DNA of 62,734 nt, counting the filler, from Sphacelaria rigidula (taxonomy: Eukaryota), in NCBI GenBank assembly GCA_964200075.2. It is 9 parts of 9 records of this genome, joined end to end, with 100 filler letters (N's around TTAATTAATTAA, not from the genome) between each part and the next. Parts side by side here need not be neighbours in the genome. Positions count along the whole stretch, not along the records: positions 34,911 to 41,791 come from CAXNAA020017594.1; positions 41,892 to 48,772 come from CAXNAA020017595.1; positions 48,873 to 55,753 come from CAXNAA020017596.1; 6 more parts are not named here. One strand, written 5' to 3'. The position numbers and the translations under genes are program-made. The notes beneath the pieces are model-generated. The model was not told the DNA's origin and did not search any database. It worked only from the letters and a program-made list of their open reading frames with translations. Of the stretch, positions 35,682 through 49,450 are shown piece by piece; position 1 is the stretch's first letter, and each line of letters starts with the position of its first letter.

Positions 35682-36499
35682 ATGCACGATACCCGTGTGT
35701 CTTTGTACTTATATGCCATGCACGGATATCCTCACTGTGATGCGTGAGCAGCCCTCGCCGTGTGGACTCAACGCCCAACTGCGCATGCAACTTATTATCG
35801 TAATATCAGGAATGATGCGTGCCGAAATCGGCAAGTTCCTCTGTGCTTGATGTCGTCGATGAATTCTTCGTTTCCGCTAGTGCTCTCTCGGCAAACCCGG
35901 TAAGCTGTTCCGTGGTATACGACGTCGTTGCATCCCATCCCACGGACGACATGACCTGAAGAGTGGTCAAAGATACAGCGGACAGGGGAGGGCGAAGGTT
36001 TTTTCCAGGGTTCATGTGTGTTGTGCGAACGATAGCCTCAATGATGTGCATCTATCCTATGTGCGTGCTCATGTAGGTGCACATACCCGATGCAGCAAAG
36101 ACTGGGGAACAGGTGCGCTGAAAGAAGCGTCGGTCACGATGCACAGGATGACAGGCTCATTTACCAACAGCGTTCTACCCACACGAGGCGTACCTTTCAT
36201 CCTGTAGCCTACTGCACCATGACGTCGTCATCGAGCGGCCATCATACTCATTGTTGTCAAACGAGGGGCGGCGTGCTTGGGAGAAAGCTAGGGAAGTGTC
36301 CGGCGAGTGCAGTGATGGTCGTACTTGGGGTACGGAAAATGGCACGTACCATGTGCGTACGCTGGTCATAATAGCCCGCTCATTGAACGATTGGCTTGCG
36401 TTTTCTGGAATAACTATGAGTCCCGTCCTCAAGTCGCCATAATGATGCAAACATAACATTATGAAATTGCGCACATATGTGATGCCTTGATTTGGGTTC

Positions 36500-39400
36500 A
36501 GCAGAACAGCTCCGATATCATTTTCTCACCTCATCTAACGATTGCGGAGACGACTCGGTGACAGATGGGCTCGATCTCCGTTTTTGGGCAAGGTCTCGGC
36601 GCAACTGTCAGCAATCGAACGCACATGATTTAGTCGGAAGAAATCAACATAAACAACGCTTGTCGTGGGGAAGTATCTAAGCGAGGGGTGTAGCTACTCT
36701 ACCGAGCCATCGGTTTGACGAGAGTTTGCGCTTCCTGACGAAACTATCAATGTTTGAATCGGACAGTGTAATATATGTGACAAAACCAAGGTTCGTGCGT
36801 GATAAGATCATTTCGTTGGAGCACCAGGCTATCGTGAGATTCTCCACTTTGGCTGTGGCTACGATTGTGTGTCAGTTTGTGCCGCACCGACTGTCATTGT
36901 GATCGTTTGTGTCCATCACGTGTGCTGCGGTTAACAAGTGATCCGACACGCAACACGCTTAACGGCAGGATTAGTAGTTTAATCTCGCCTTTTGTTCTCG
37001 TCTAAAACCTTCCACCATTTTTCGGCGCAACCGCTTTGCCCTTGATCTTGAATGGTCCACCTCCCACTCTATCTGTCTTTGCAGGGACTTCTCGGTTCGC
37101 AACGAGCTAGGGCGAGACGATTCGGAAGCGCTGCCCTCCAACAGCTCCTTTGCGGCCTATTGTTGCGGGTGAGTTGACGAGAACATCAAGCAAAACGACG
37201 GTGTTTATACGAAGCCGCCCCAGCATCCCGATGTAATCCACAACACATACAGCACTATAGTAGTAATCGTACCACTTCTAATGGTAGCATGACAGCACCA
37301 GACAGCCGTTGTACGCACGTGTACGAGTATCGCGGAGGCCGAAGTATTTTTGCATTAAAACGTTGTAAAATATTTGCGCAACATGCGAGGGGTATAGAAT
37401 CAATTCAACCATACACGCATACGCCCATGACGCAGGAAAAGCTGCTAAACTCGTGAGCCGTCTTCGCTTGGTCAGCGCTAACCCTGCAAGAAGTGAGTAC
37501 CCTGCACCTGCGTGCGCAACAAGATATTCTGCATCACAGAGGCCGCGGCAAGGGCTCGTGGCTCCCAAGCACGGTTGCACCTGAAACCCATTTCACTGGT
37601 CACTTCTTGAGTACTCTAGTCTGTGATATAGGATGGCATTGTTGTCGCTGTGAATACGGATCCAACCTGTCGATAAGATCGGAAGAACTCACCCCCTGCA
37701 TAGTCGCTGCTGTATCCTGGATAAACGCGATCAATGCCGGTGAGCTCGTTCTATGCCTGCGAGTGCGACAATCGTTCAACTTGCTTACAGAGCAGGTGAA
37801 ATGTCAGATGCGACATGACAGTCCGTGGTCCAGCGTACGGAGCACATGCTTAGTAGCTCGGGCCCTGGGTTGGGCACATCAATGGTTCCCGTAGGCTGTG
37901 GACGTTACGAGTTCGGTCACTCACGTTTTATTGTCCGTGAGAGTAGTGGAAGTTGTGTCGCCTCCGATGCTTGATTTTTTTCCGAAAAGCTTCCTTGAGT
38001 CTCTCCGGATCGCTTCGGTGTGACGGTAAAATCGAATCGCAAATTCAGTGACACGTGGCCAACAGTGAGCGCACAACAGAAATTAACATGAGTTGGACGC
38101 ACTACGTGTCGCCGACTGAGACCTTTCATCGGTGGCACTCGAGAGGGCATTCGGGAGGGGGGGCGGCATTCGGCTTCTATGTCACGGTCGTATGGATGCG
38201 TACACTCCAAGACTGGACGACATCAGTGGTCTGCAAGGTACATAAAAAATGAACGTTAGGCTCAAGGCGATAGTGTCAGCATTGAGGGGGGAAAGGGAGG
38301 GTCAAATAAAGATCTTGACTTGTTGGACATCGCCGAGGCCACCGATTTCTGACGTTGGAAGTCAGCCTGCACTCTTCACATCACTTCCCGAAATACGATA
38401 CTTGTGGACTCGTGAGTTGTTGTGATCCAGCTCTTCCATTACCTTCAGTTTCACCGTTCATGCCACTGTCAGCAGCTCGATCGGAGGTCGCCTTGGTCCC
38501 CGGTCTCGAAGATAAATCAGGAGAGTGACTGACTTTCCCAGGCGTCGTGCCCACCTTGCTCCGGACCAGAGCGGTACTACTAGAATGAAGAGAAGCCGTC
38601 TCCGCTGCGCCCTCCGTGAGCTGCAACGGCTTTTGTGAGACGTTGCTGTTTTTGCTTTTTTCGTCGCTCACTTCTGAAGTGCCTGTGGGGAAAATATGTA
38701 CACACGCCCCTGATCCTTCGTGGGCAAGCTGCCGTATGCCAATGTCCACGTATACTTTAGTAGACACTTACCTTACATGCCGCTGCACGGGGTACCATGT
38801 GTATTCCGTGTCTTCAGGAACACCCGCAAGCTATATCGCAGTGTTTGTGCTACATGTTCTTGCTATTGACCAATATGGGAGGGTATGCTGATTGGGTGAC
38901 TCCTAATGCTCAAGTCTCTTGGGGCCTGAATCCTTCCTATGCTACCTCTTTGGACGAGGTCTGTTCTTAGACCTCGGAGAATACCACACAGCAACATCAA
39001 CTTATCATCCCCCTCGGTGAGAAAGAATGCACTGCCCCACCACCCTCCTTCAGCCAGAACCGTACACGTACCTGAACCCTCACCGCTTCCTGAGTCAGAC
39101 TCAGCAGATGAAGATCTCGACCCGACTTCTCCGCTATCGCTGTCGGAATTGGTGCTGTCGTCACTGGCATCAGCATCCTCGTCCTCCGTGCTATAACTGT
39201 GCCCGAACGTTGTAATTAGCTGAGATGTTTCGTTCCACCGCATCTCGACTGCTGCAAAGGGGATGCCTCAGCACGATGTCTGCCGGTGTGTTGCGACTGG
39301 TGTGCCTGAGAATTGCCGACCTATGTCCATTTACATTACAGGAACCTCCGCTATCGCCATACACATAAACGAACTCTCGACATCGTACTTAAAGCACAGG

Positions 39401-39870
39401 GTATGTATGGCGTCGCTATTAGCATTTCTCCTGTGAGTTAGGTCATGGAGTGGTGTTGCACTTGAACGTTTACAGGTACGAGAGACGGACGGAGCCGAAA
39501 CTGGTTTGCTATTTTGCAATCCATCCAAGCGGTGCTTCCGTTACTCCACGTTCGAGTGTCCAGGCCCTAGGCCCTTATTCCAAAGTCAATTGCTACCGTT
39601 CGGAAGTCTAGGGCAACACATTATAATGCACACGAACCGTGGAACTGATACGTTTGTTGTGGCAGCCAGAATGTCCTACACTACAAGGCAAAGCGAAGCA
39701 TGTCGTGTACCGGTACAAGCGTACCCTTCTTGGATGTGGCCAGTCTTTTCGTCGGATGAACTAGATTCTCCACCTTCTCCAGCAGAAGCCGCGATGTCGC
39801 TGCTGTTAAAGGTAGACCCTATGCTCTTCGTTGACCCATCCTTGCTGGTGTCTGAGGCTTCATTGCGATG
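36500..39870 (-). pseudogene. Multi-exon gene or pseudogene of unknown function with Ser/Asp-rich low-complexity exons
   Basis: Exon-like blocks with AG/GT boundaries at ~39724-39860, ~39072-39252 (AVEMRWNETSQLITTFGHSYSTEDEDADASDDS...), ~38772-38830 and ~38381-38682. Downstream blocks contain stops. No recognisable domain. Confidence 0.4.
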
Positions 39871-41094
39871 AGAAGGGAAAACTGCTTCAGTTGATCCGCA
39901 ATGCACAAATACGCACATATGCTTTGCTCTGCTCTAACTAGACATCTGGGTCTAGTGGGAGGGGAAACTTTGCAGTCATGGTATGGAAAGCGAACGTACA
40001 TAACGCAGTGTAATAATGAAGTACTAGTAGCGTAGCAACAGCAGCCAGGTATATACACTTTTCGCGCCATTAAAAATTCTCACCCAGGGACCATCTTGAG
40101 CCAGTACCACTGCTACCGTGCCTCTCTCTGCGACGGTCCCCTTCTCCACCCGTAGTACCGAAGCTGCCGCGACTGCTGTCACCGACACTACTGTCGCTCA
40201 GGTCTTCCAACCGTCTCGATGGTGGGCTTGGCACCTAGGCATCCATGAACATACTTTTCTCTTCACTGTTCGGAATATCGAATGTGTAGGGCCAACATAT
40301 GGTGAGAGGGGGAAGAAGAGCGCCGCCGCTTTCACTTTCTGCCCATCTTATGGCACACCTCCATGGTGAATAGTTGCCAGGAACACGTGCCTGTTCGAGC
40401 TGTACCGAGGATGCTAGACCATCACCACCGGACGGGAAGCTCCATGAAAATACTTGTTTCCAAAGCTTTCCTTATCGAATGACTTTGCGCTCCGAACACC
40501 TCTCGTTGTCCGCATAGTACGATATGGTATTGACCGCATGGACAGCTCTCAAGGATTTCTTGAGAAGAACTGTGCACCGCATCGTTTCTCTGGAGATACT
40601 ATGGCTCACCGTGTACCCTGCCGGGAGGAATTCCTCCGTTGTCGGTGCGTGTGTCCTCCTTTCTCCCGTCTCCCTGGCGCAACATGGCATGGTCGAATTT
40701 ATTTCGGGCGGAACAGTCTAAGCTCAGGGAAACGGTGTGGAAACTTGTCCTCATGATCACTCTTTGCAGAGTCCTTGTTGCCATGCGATACCGACGGTAC
40801 TTCTTTTCTCAGCTCTATATCCTCCCTTTCCTCGGGAGGAGTCCGTGGTCTCAAGAAACCAACCCGTCTCTCCCTTGGTACACGCCGTACATGTTGGTAT
40901 TGGGGGTTGGATCATGACCAAACACTCATGCACCGCATCGACTGTCGTTTAAAAAGCTCACCAAACCGACTTTTTGCTCTACTCACGTCTTCACAGTCTC
41001 AACAACGGAAATCGGATACGTCTGAGAGAAATGCCATCCTAGACGTACCTGGCGGGAATTCGCAGACAGTACTCGTGGAGGAAACACGGATACT

Positions 41095-41735
41095 ACAGTG
41101 CGTATGCCGGAATGGTATGACGACCCGGACACGATAGCAACAGACGAGGCAGCGCTCGCCAAACGACGGGAGGCACGTCGACTGATGAAGGACTACCGGC
41201 CCCCAGCAACGTGGAAAGCAGTCCGAGTCGCGTGTAAGGAGGTACATACAGCAATGAATGACGGCGTCCACGCACATCTGGAAAGGAAGGTGGCGAGGCT
41301 AGAAGCGACCTACAAGGAATCGCGACATAGGAGGCCTGAACAAATGCCTCAAGAGGTTGGTGGGCCTTAGCGGGGGGGCATTAGAGGGATACTAGTTCAT
41401 CAAGGACAAGAAAGGCGTTCTCCCGAGGAACAAGCCGGATATCCTATAACGGTGGGCGAGATTCTTCGGCACCCTGCTCAACACCAAAATGCCCACGCTG
41501 AACCCAGCCATAGTCGAGGAGATGAAGCAGCGACCGACATTATGAACCAGCTAAGATTCGGTACTACTTGGGTCAGCACCGAGCCTGGATGACACCAGAC
41601 GAGCAGTCCGGGGGATGCACAGCTGGAAAGCGCCGAAACATGACTGCGCCCCTGTGAAGCTGCTCAAGATCGACGGTCGGAATTCATCGTTCCCAAGTAC
41701 TTCCATGCTATCCTCGTCAAGGTGTGGAATGGATG
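41095..41735 (+). mobile_element. RTE LINE relic (APE-RT linker and RT start)
   Basis: PEWY...ALAKRREARR...LERKVARLE, FIKDKKGVL...RWARFFGTLLNTK, APSLDDTRRAVRGM.SWKAP..D..PVKLLKI; homologous to 8900-9550. Confidence 0.85.
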
Positions 41736-41895
41736 GGGGGGGGGGGTGTACTCATGATCATGCATGCCATAGTCATCAAACCATTGACCTCNNNNNNNNN
41801 NNNNNNNNNNNNNNNNNNNNNNNNNNNNNNNNNNNTTAATTAATTAANNNNNNNNNNNNNNNNNNNNNNNNNNNNNNNNNNNNNNNNNNNNACAT

Positions 41896-44800
41896 ATGAA
41901 ACAGATTGGCGCTGCTTCAGCAGCTTGCGAAATCACCACCAAACCTCGAGTATGGGGCGGTTTTGGTGACTCCACCGCACCTTTGACCACACGAATATCA
42001 GTTCGTCTCAGTGTGCAATCCTTTCACAACACCACTCGTAATGCCAGCCTTGCAGTCTGGGCATATGTTGTCCCCGACAGCACCATGGGTCACGCCTTAC
42101 TCATGGGCCGAGATAGTTACATGCGGTTTGATCAACGCACCTACCGCACGCTACCAGCATCATCGCCACAGTCTGCGCATCGAGGAGAACTCAACCTTGA
42201 ACATTTCGGTACTCTTCACGGCGCCTTGGCCTACCAAAAAAATGAAGAAGCTACCGGAGTTGCTTACCACCTTCGATACGATGGTACTCCTGGTGTTACC
42301 CTCTCCGATGATCCTCAACTGTTAGAAGTTGCCTTAGTTCGCCGAAATGGCATGCCTGCCCTTACGGGACATTACCTCGCTGAAATGCTTCCTCGGGTTG
42401 GTGCGCCTGCGGCACAGAACACTTCGTCTCCGCAGGGAAACAACTTTTGCCACTCACGGGTCACGCTAACTTGGAACCCGGAGATGTTTCGGGTATTGCT
42501 GCTGCTCCCCTTATGCACATTCCACTTGAGACATGTGTCACTGAACCCTCTACGCTCAACCCAGCGCCTCCGACAGACGGCTCTGTCAATTTCGTCGATG
42601 AGCCTTACTTCGACGTAACCTCCTCGTCTCCATCACGTATTCACACCGTGGACCCTGCACCGTCAACGGCCGAACCTCCTGCCGAAGTGCTGCAACGCCC
42701 AGCACCAGAATCTCGGACAAGTTTCTTGCACATGTGGGATCAACTTCCACCCCATTTACGTGACATCAATTTTGACCTACATGGACCCGGTTGGGAACCC
42801 CCTGTAATCAAAGAATTGAGCGATGTTTTATTAGAGTACCAAAACAGATTTTCTCGATCCAAAACGGATCTGGAGCATTGCAAAACGCTGCCCTTTGAAA
42901 TCACCCTTCAACCTGGCGTTTAGCCAATCTCTTCTCGACCGTATCGCACGAACCCCCTCCTTACCAAAGAAGTTAACGCCATTTTAGATGCGGACTTAGG
43001 TGCCGGATTAATTCAACACTCCTCTTCTCCGTGGGCTTCACCGCTAGTGGTAGTTCCCAAAACGGATGGAAACATACTCATCACCGTGAATTATCAACGG
43101 TTAAATCGCGTTACTGTAGTGGGAAAACTTCCCATTCCCCGCATAGATGAAGTCTTCGACTCTCTAGGCAAAGGAAAAATATTCAGTACCTTCGACCTCG
43201 CTTCTGGATTTTTCCAGAATGCTATCCACCCTGACACAGTCCCGCTGACAGCATTTTGTACATCTTCTGGACTCTACGAATGGCTCCGTATGCCGCAAGG
43301 TGCCGCCACTGCACCAGGTTGTTTTCAACGCTTAATGCAACGCGTTACCGAGAATCTCGAACACGTCATCATGTACTTGGACGACGCTATCGCATTCGAT
43401 GCCTCTCCCATTGAACATGTGCACACCTTACGCGAGTTTCTTTCTCGCCTGCGGAAACATAATTTGAAACTGTCTCCATCCAAAGCTCGCCTTGGCGCGA
43501 CTGAACTGGATTTTCTGGGACACTCAATTTCACCGGCGGGTCTACACCCCGATACCAACGAAGTCAGGGCGATGACTGAATTGCCAATGCCCACAAACAT
43601 CACTCAGCTCCACTCATTATTAGGTGGACTGTCCTACTATCGCAAATTTTTGCCTAACCTGTCCAAACGGATTCGCTCCATTACGGACTTGCTAAAAAAA
43701 GGCGCGGCGTTTGTCTTCACCAAAGATATGGAAGCTATCGTGCGCGACTTGCTGAAAACACTCACCGAAAAACCGGTCCTTTGTTTCCCGGACTGGGATG
43801 CCGTACAAGACGGCTCTCGCCCTTTTCAACTACATACAGACGCGAGCACCGACGGGCTCGGCGCGGTCCTGAATCAGCCTCAACTCGATGGCTCTATTCG
43901 ACCCATCCTCTATATCAGTCGCGCCAACCTTCCAAACGAGGCCAATTGGAGTCCACTGGAGCTGGAAGGCGGAGTCATCACTTGGGCCATAAAGCGCCTT
44001 CGACAATATTTGTTCCATGTGCCTTTTCTAATCTACACGCATCACGGAGCACTTGAACAACTCGCCAAAGTTGGCGAACATAACCCGCGTGTGCCACTCT
44101 GGTTGGAGTTCCTGACAGCTTATCAGTATACTGTCAAACACCGCCCTGGCAAAACCAACGGGAATGTTGACCTCTCCCGCTTGCCCCTCCCTCCAACGGC
44201 TGTGGATTTCAGCCCCGCTTGCCGACTAACTGAACCCGATGAACCCGGTGTGTATCCTATCCGGCGTTTCTCAACGCCCATTTACGCTCTTGACCTTCAT
44301 TGCCCAGAGACGGGTATGCACATAGGCGGCCCCCGCCCCCTGCCGTATGATGCAGTCTTGTATAAGCTACAAACCACCGACGCCGATTTCGCCGATTTCC
44401 GTAAGATCGGTCCTCGCGCCAAAATTGCAGTTTCGCCCCCTCCAGTTGTCCATCTCATTTCCGATAACACGCGCTCTCGGTCTGCCGCCCGTGCAAACCC
44501 TCCCCGCGCCATACCGCCACCGACAACACCTACTGCTCCAGCAAGCAGCGCAACGCCGCCTCCTCGCAATACCGCACCACGAGCCTTGACAACCCTCCGC
44601 CACGCGCAGTTCTCACAACAAGCGCCGCGCGCGATCTCTGTCGCGCACTACTGCGACATCACCGTCTGCCGCGGTCCCGTCGGTGCCCAGCCCTTCTGAT
44701 CCTTGCGATGTTCACATCGACGTTGGCACCTCCCCCCGGTCGCCTGTTCCACCGCCTCCTGAGCCACCATGTCTGGTTGGCTCTCCGGCGGAAGGCCAAC

Positions 44801-47024
44801 TGCGCGAATTTCTCGCCAGTTACTCCCATCGTGATTGGGCTCGTGAACAACAAACAGAACCATTATGCCGCGCAACCATGCGGTACCTCCGTGCTGGCTG
44901 CCCTGCTCCTATCCCGGCCAATGTTTTGGCCCCGATTGGCACACTGCCACCACCACACGCCGCTGAAGTGTACGAACTCGCACGTGAAGGTACTATCTTC
45001 AAAACTGATGCCGGAATCGAATTGTTTGTCCGCCGCCCGACGCCCCAGCTGGTTTTAACTTCACCCGCGCCCACTGGACGACATGCACGCCTGCTTGACG
45101 ATGAACCCACTCGGATATATCTCCCATTTTTGATGCGACCGTGGGTATTCAAAGGCTGCCACACTGACCTGTCTTGCCACCTTGGAGTCACGCGCACACT
45201 AGCGTTACTCGAACGTTTCTACTGGTGGATAGGTATGGAAGTGTCCACCCGCTTGTGGATTCGATGTTGCTTCAAGTGTCAAGCTCGCAAAACCTCACGA
45301 CAGACTATACGTTGGCCAGTTATTTCGCTGGCACTTCCCAACGCTCCTGGTCACCTCGTGTCTTTCGACTATTTTGGTCCTTTACCGCCCACTGACCGTG
45401 GTAACACCTACATCTTACTCTTTACCGACCGCTTCAGCCGTCACGCAGCCATATACGCAGTCACCGCTGGAGACTTCACAGCGGCGGGCATAGCTATTGT
45501 CTTAGTTCACGACTATATCAAGCACTATGGTTGCCCGAAACGGCTTCTCTCCGACAATGGTCAGCAATTTTGCTCCGATCTCTCGGACGAACTGTATACG
45601 CTCCTGGGCATTCGGAAGATTGCCACAAGCGCTTACCACCCTAATGGTAACGGTGGTACTGAACGAGTTAACCACACCATGGCCCAGATGCTGTCTATGG
45701 TAGTCAACGATCGACAAAACGATTGGGATCTCCATCTCTCACATGTCATGTTGTCTTATAACAACTCCGTCAACGCTGCTACCGGTCTTTCTCCGAACGA
45801 GTTACATCTCGGCCGCTACCCGCGTTTGCCCATCACCGTGTTTGAGAGACACACCTTCGATGGCCGCCAAGGCTTGGATCAGGATCAGATATCCTACCAT
45901 GACCTGGCGCGTGCACGCCAGCGCAAAGCTTTCACTCTCGTGAGTGAACAACACGCTATCAACGCCTCGCGCCTTGAGAGATCTCATAATGCTCTTCACA
46001 ATCTGATGTACAAACGGCCTACTTGGAAGGTTGGCGATTGGGTCTGGGTTTACAACAGCTTGTCAACCATTCGTCAAGGCGCTGACAGAGCTGCCAACGA
46101 GACAATCTTGAAGACTAAGCTATCCCTCAACTGGACAGGACCATTCAAGATTCGGACCGTTGGGCCCTCGCCATCTTCACCTGATGGTAAACATGTCGGT
46201 GACAAACTTCTTTATCTCGATCTTCCTCGATACCTTCGAGACATGACGCCAAATCTCGCGTCTCTGTACACCGTTGCAAACCTTGCATCAACCCGCATGA
46301 CACTAGAGACATGCCCGAATATCTGCCTGCCGGTCTTACGCAGTACGTACTCAACAGCTATTCGACTAAATCGCCGCCTAATCACGTTACTACCGACGAT
46401 GTGACGGAACAACCCCTTCGTCTCGCCGTGTCCCACATTTCTGTTCACCAGATCACTCGCGGTCGAGGCGGTAACATTACTGTCATGTACAAAACTCACC
46501 GGCAAGGCCTTCGGAGAGCGTCTTGGGAGCGAGAATCCGACATTCAGTTGCACCGCCGAGCTATTCTCCTGTACTGGACACAACCTCAGCAGCAACATCT
46601 TGCTAACAACAAGAAATATCGCAACATGCGCCGCGGCGCAGCAGCACGCAAACTTCACCGTGACAAAGGTTTGCGCTTTGTCGCCGATGGCTATGAATTG
46701 GTGGCCACCCAGCATTGGAAAGAAAAGATCCGCGCAAAACAGGAAGTCCTCCCCAAAGGCGTCTACCTCTGGTACAAAGGCAGCGACAACCTCTGGTGGC
46801 TAGGCCAGACCCACTCCACAGACCTCATCGCGCCTGACACCTACATCGTGCGCTTCATCGATGACCCCGGACCCGTGCAGCTCAAGCTCCGCCCAGTGCT
46901 CTATACCACCAGTCCATCCGCACCACGAAGGTCTTGGTGTCTACAGCGACTCAAATCCAAAGGCCTTCGCCGCGGAATCCAACATAATATCGATCGCACA
47001 CATGATGTTAACGCACCGCTTTAA
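41896..47024 (+). pseudogene. pol: Gypsy pol polyprotein broken by a few frameshifts and one stop (ORFs 41896-42618, 42447-42923, 43047-44699, 44683-46404, 46311-47024)
   Basis: Protease LLMGRD; RT FSTFDLASGFFQ, WLRMPQG, MYLDD, LDFLGH; RNase H LHTDASTDGLGAVL, LELEG; integrase HHCC (CHTDLSCHLG...CFKCQ), SFDYFGP, LSDNGQQF, GGTERVN, WTGPFKI. Confidence 0.95.
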
Positions 47025-48385
47025 GCTCCCACAGACCTTCTGCTTTCCGATCTCGACATTGTTTTTTTACTTTCTCTTTTATTTTCTTCCCGTGTCGTTT
47101 AGATATTTCTCCCTGTTTCCAACATCCAGGACACACCGGTGCCACCCATCGACTTCTTCAAGAGCCTACAATCGGAGCTCCTTCGGCGCACAACCACGGA
47201 CGACGAATGGAGCTTGCGTGGAGCACGTTCATCCTTGACTACTGGAGCCTTTCGTATTCTCGCTTTTGGCTTTTTATATGACTGACACTGGACCCCTTGC
47301 AGTCTTGGAGTTGCTTATCCCCTTGCTTCCTCAGCCACCATGCGCTCGCCGCATGTGATTGACTTTTCGGCGGTTGACTTTGGCACCACCCACGTAGACG
47401 TTGCGCCCCTGGTGTATTTTCTCTTTTGCCTCTTTATTTTTGGCTAGCACGTCGAAGCATTTTGTGTTCGTCTCTTTAGTTCGCTAGCCCGCAGTAGCTT
47501 TGTGTGCTCCTGCGTCTTCAAGCGCACTTGCGCTTTTCGGTAGCAGATTTCGCTTCCCTTGTTTGAGGTGTAGGAGGATCGGGCAACGGAGTGGATGTTG
47601 CCCTCGTCGTCTGGGGTGTACCTTCGTTTTTAGCCACTTCGGCCTAGTGCGTTTATAGTATTGAGTTCGCCTTCCTTGTCGCTCATGACTTGACGTAGAG
47701 AAAAACCTCGATTTTCGTCGCTTTTCGAGATTTCTCACCGCAACTGTGATAGAGGTTCCTCTGGATGGGCGAGTATCATGAAGCTAGGAGGCGTCTATTG
47801 CCAAACCTGGGATTCTATAAGTTGCGGGTCTGATTGAGCTTGGCTAGGCCGGATGTGAGACTAAAGATACAGGCATGGGTCCTTCAGCCCTCTTGCGGTA
47901 CTCGCCCGACTGGAGCTGATTGTTAAGCCATTGCTATAGCCGGAGAGCGGCTGAGAGAGTATTGAAAGGAGCGATAACGAATACGAGTGAACAATAATCT
48001 TTTGTATCAAGTGGGTACAGCTTACTGCGTGAAGCTATTGTGGTGTTACCTGATTTGAACACGTCTATAACCCGATCCCTTGTGAGGACAGAGCCTTGGA
48101 AGTATCTGACCTCTGACCCGACCGGCGTGCACCAAGAGGGTGCATCCCGCCTAACACTATAACAATCGTTGATACTGCCCAACATTTGGCACAAGAACAA
48201 GAGTCCTGCACACCCCAGTTAGGGGGGTGTATGAGAGATCAAACACTCATGAATACCTTCTTGGCTCGCGGGGTGGAAAAAAATACCTCTGGCTATGAAT
48301 TAGCCGTTTCTGACGTACCCCATCTGGGAGCTGGCATGCTGTAACATAATATGAGCTTATCTGAGGTTCAGTCGGTAGCGTGCGC

Positions 48386-48388
<3 letters not shown>

Positions 48389-48429
<41 letters not shown>
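48389..48429 (+). repeat. (GT)n microsatellite
   Basis: About 20 GT units. Confidence 0.95.
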
Positions 48430-48430
<1 letters not shown>

Positions 48431-49289
48431 TTCTTTCAAAAACTCGATTCTGAGGAGGCCGTTTCAGTCGTGACCCACGCCGTCGAGGGTTGAGAGAAAG
48501 GTCTTGCCTGAGACACATTGTTTCGCAAGCTTTCACTCGACGGAATTGGCAGTAGCTCAATGAAGGTCGGAAAGTTTTGTTTGTCGCACTGACTGACTGT
48601 AGCTAATCGATGCTTACAATTTTACAGGTGCGAATAGCTATGATAGTTCACTCTCATTCCATAGAATAACAAAAGCCATCAAAACCTGGGAGAAAGCGCT
48701 CGCTCACACGTGGATAGATAGCACCCTGTGAAGGGGGTCTACAGGGTTTACGTACCCTGTGCAGTGTCTCTGNNNNNNNNNNNNNNNNNNNNNNNNNNNN
48801 NNNNNNNNNNNNNNNNTTAATTAATTAANNNNNNNNNNNNNNNNNNNNNNNNNNNNNNNNNNNNNNNNNNNNCGAGTCGACTCATTATACTAAAACCAAG
48901 TAATTTCCAGACGTATCATTATTTGTCCGACCCTTGGAAACTTGGAGCACTATTTGGGCACGTCACAGACAGCATGTTGCTTGGGCGGCGACACTTCCGG
49001 TCCGTGGGACAGAAGTGACGACGCGAAGAACGAATTTCGGCAAAACTGTGTATACGCACTCGAAACGGCTGCCCCGCTGCCCAGAAATACGTGCACGGTG
49101 AGTAAACGCATGTTAGAAGTAACTTGTTTACTTACTTCGACATCATCAGCACCTGGGACGCTGCTGTGCTGGGAAACAACCGTAGATCGTACCGGGACAC
49201 TCACTGGATGATGACAATCTGTGCGAAACGCCTGGGCGTATTACCTGAAGAGGTGCTCAGTTCGAGATACACGGCAGCACGCGCGCTGT

Positions 49290-49450
49290 AGGTGCTGCGA
49301 GACGCTGAAACTTCGCCCACATCTCATGACAGCCATAGACAACAACCCCATCTCGCTCAATCTGGGGTGGGGCGTTGCAGCAGTGCGTGTCGGTGTGAAA
49401 ATAGGTAATATTCTGTGCCGTTTTTTTCTCTTTCTTTCGGCGCAAGACTG
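49290..49450 (+). repeat. Dispersed repeat fragment (second copy ~55570-55732), probably the subterminal region of a DNA transposon
   Basis: GCTGAAACTTCG..CACAT.TCATG...GACAACAACCCCATCT.GCT.AATCTGGGGT is shared by both copies. Confidence 0.7.

Larger units (their letters stand above)
41892..48772 (+). mobile_element. Ty3/gypsy LTR retrotransposon: pol, long 3' UTR, PPT and start of 3' LTR
   Basis: Domain order PR-RT-RH-INT-chromo. Purine tract AGGGGGG at 48221-48227 followed by TGTATGAG (LTR start inferred at 48228). Confidence 0.95.

Noticed and set aside
40100-40960. Possible copia gag relic on the minus strand
   Set aside because: Only a vague resemblance; no intact diagnostic motif.
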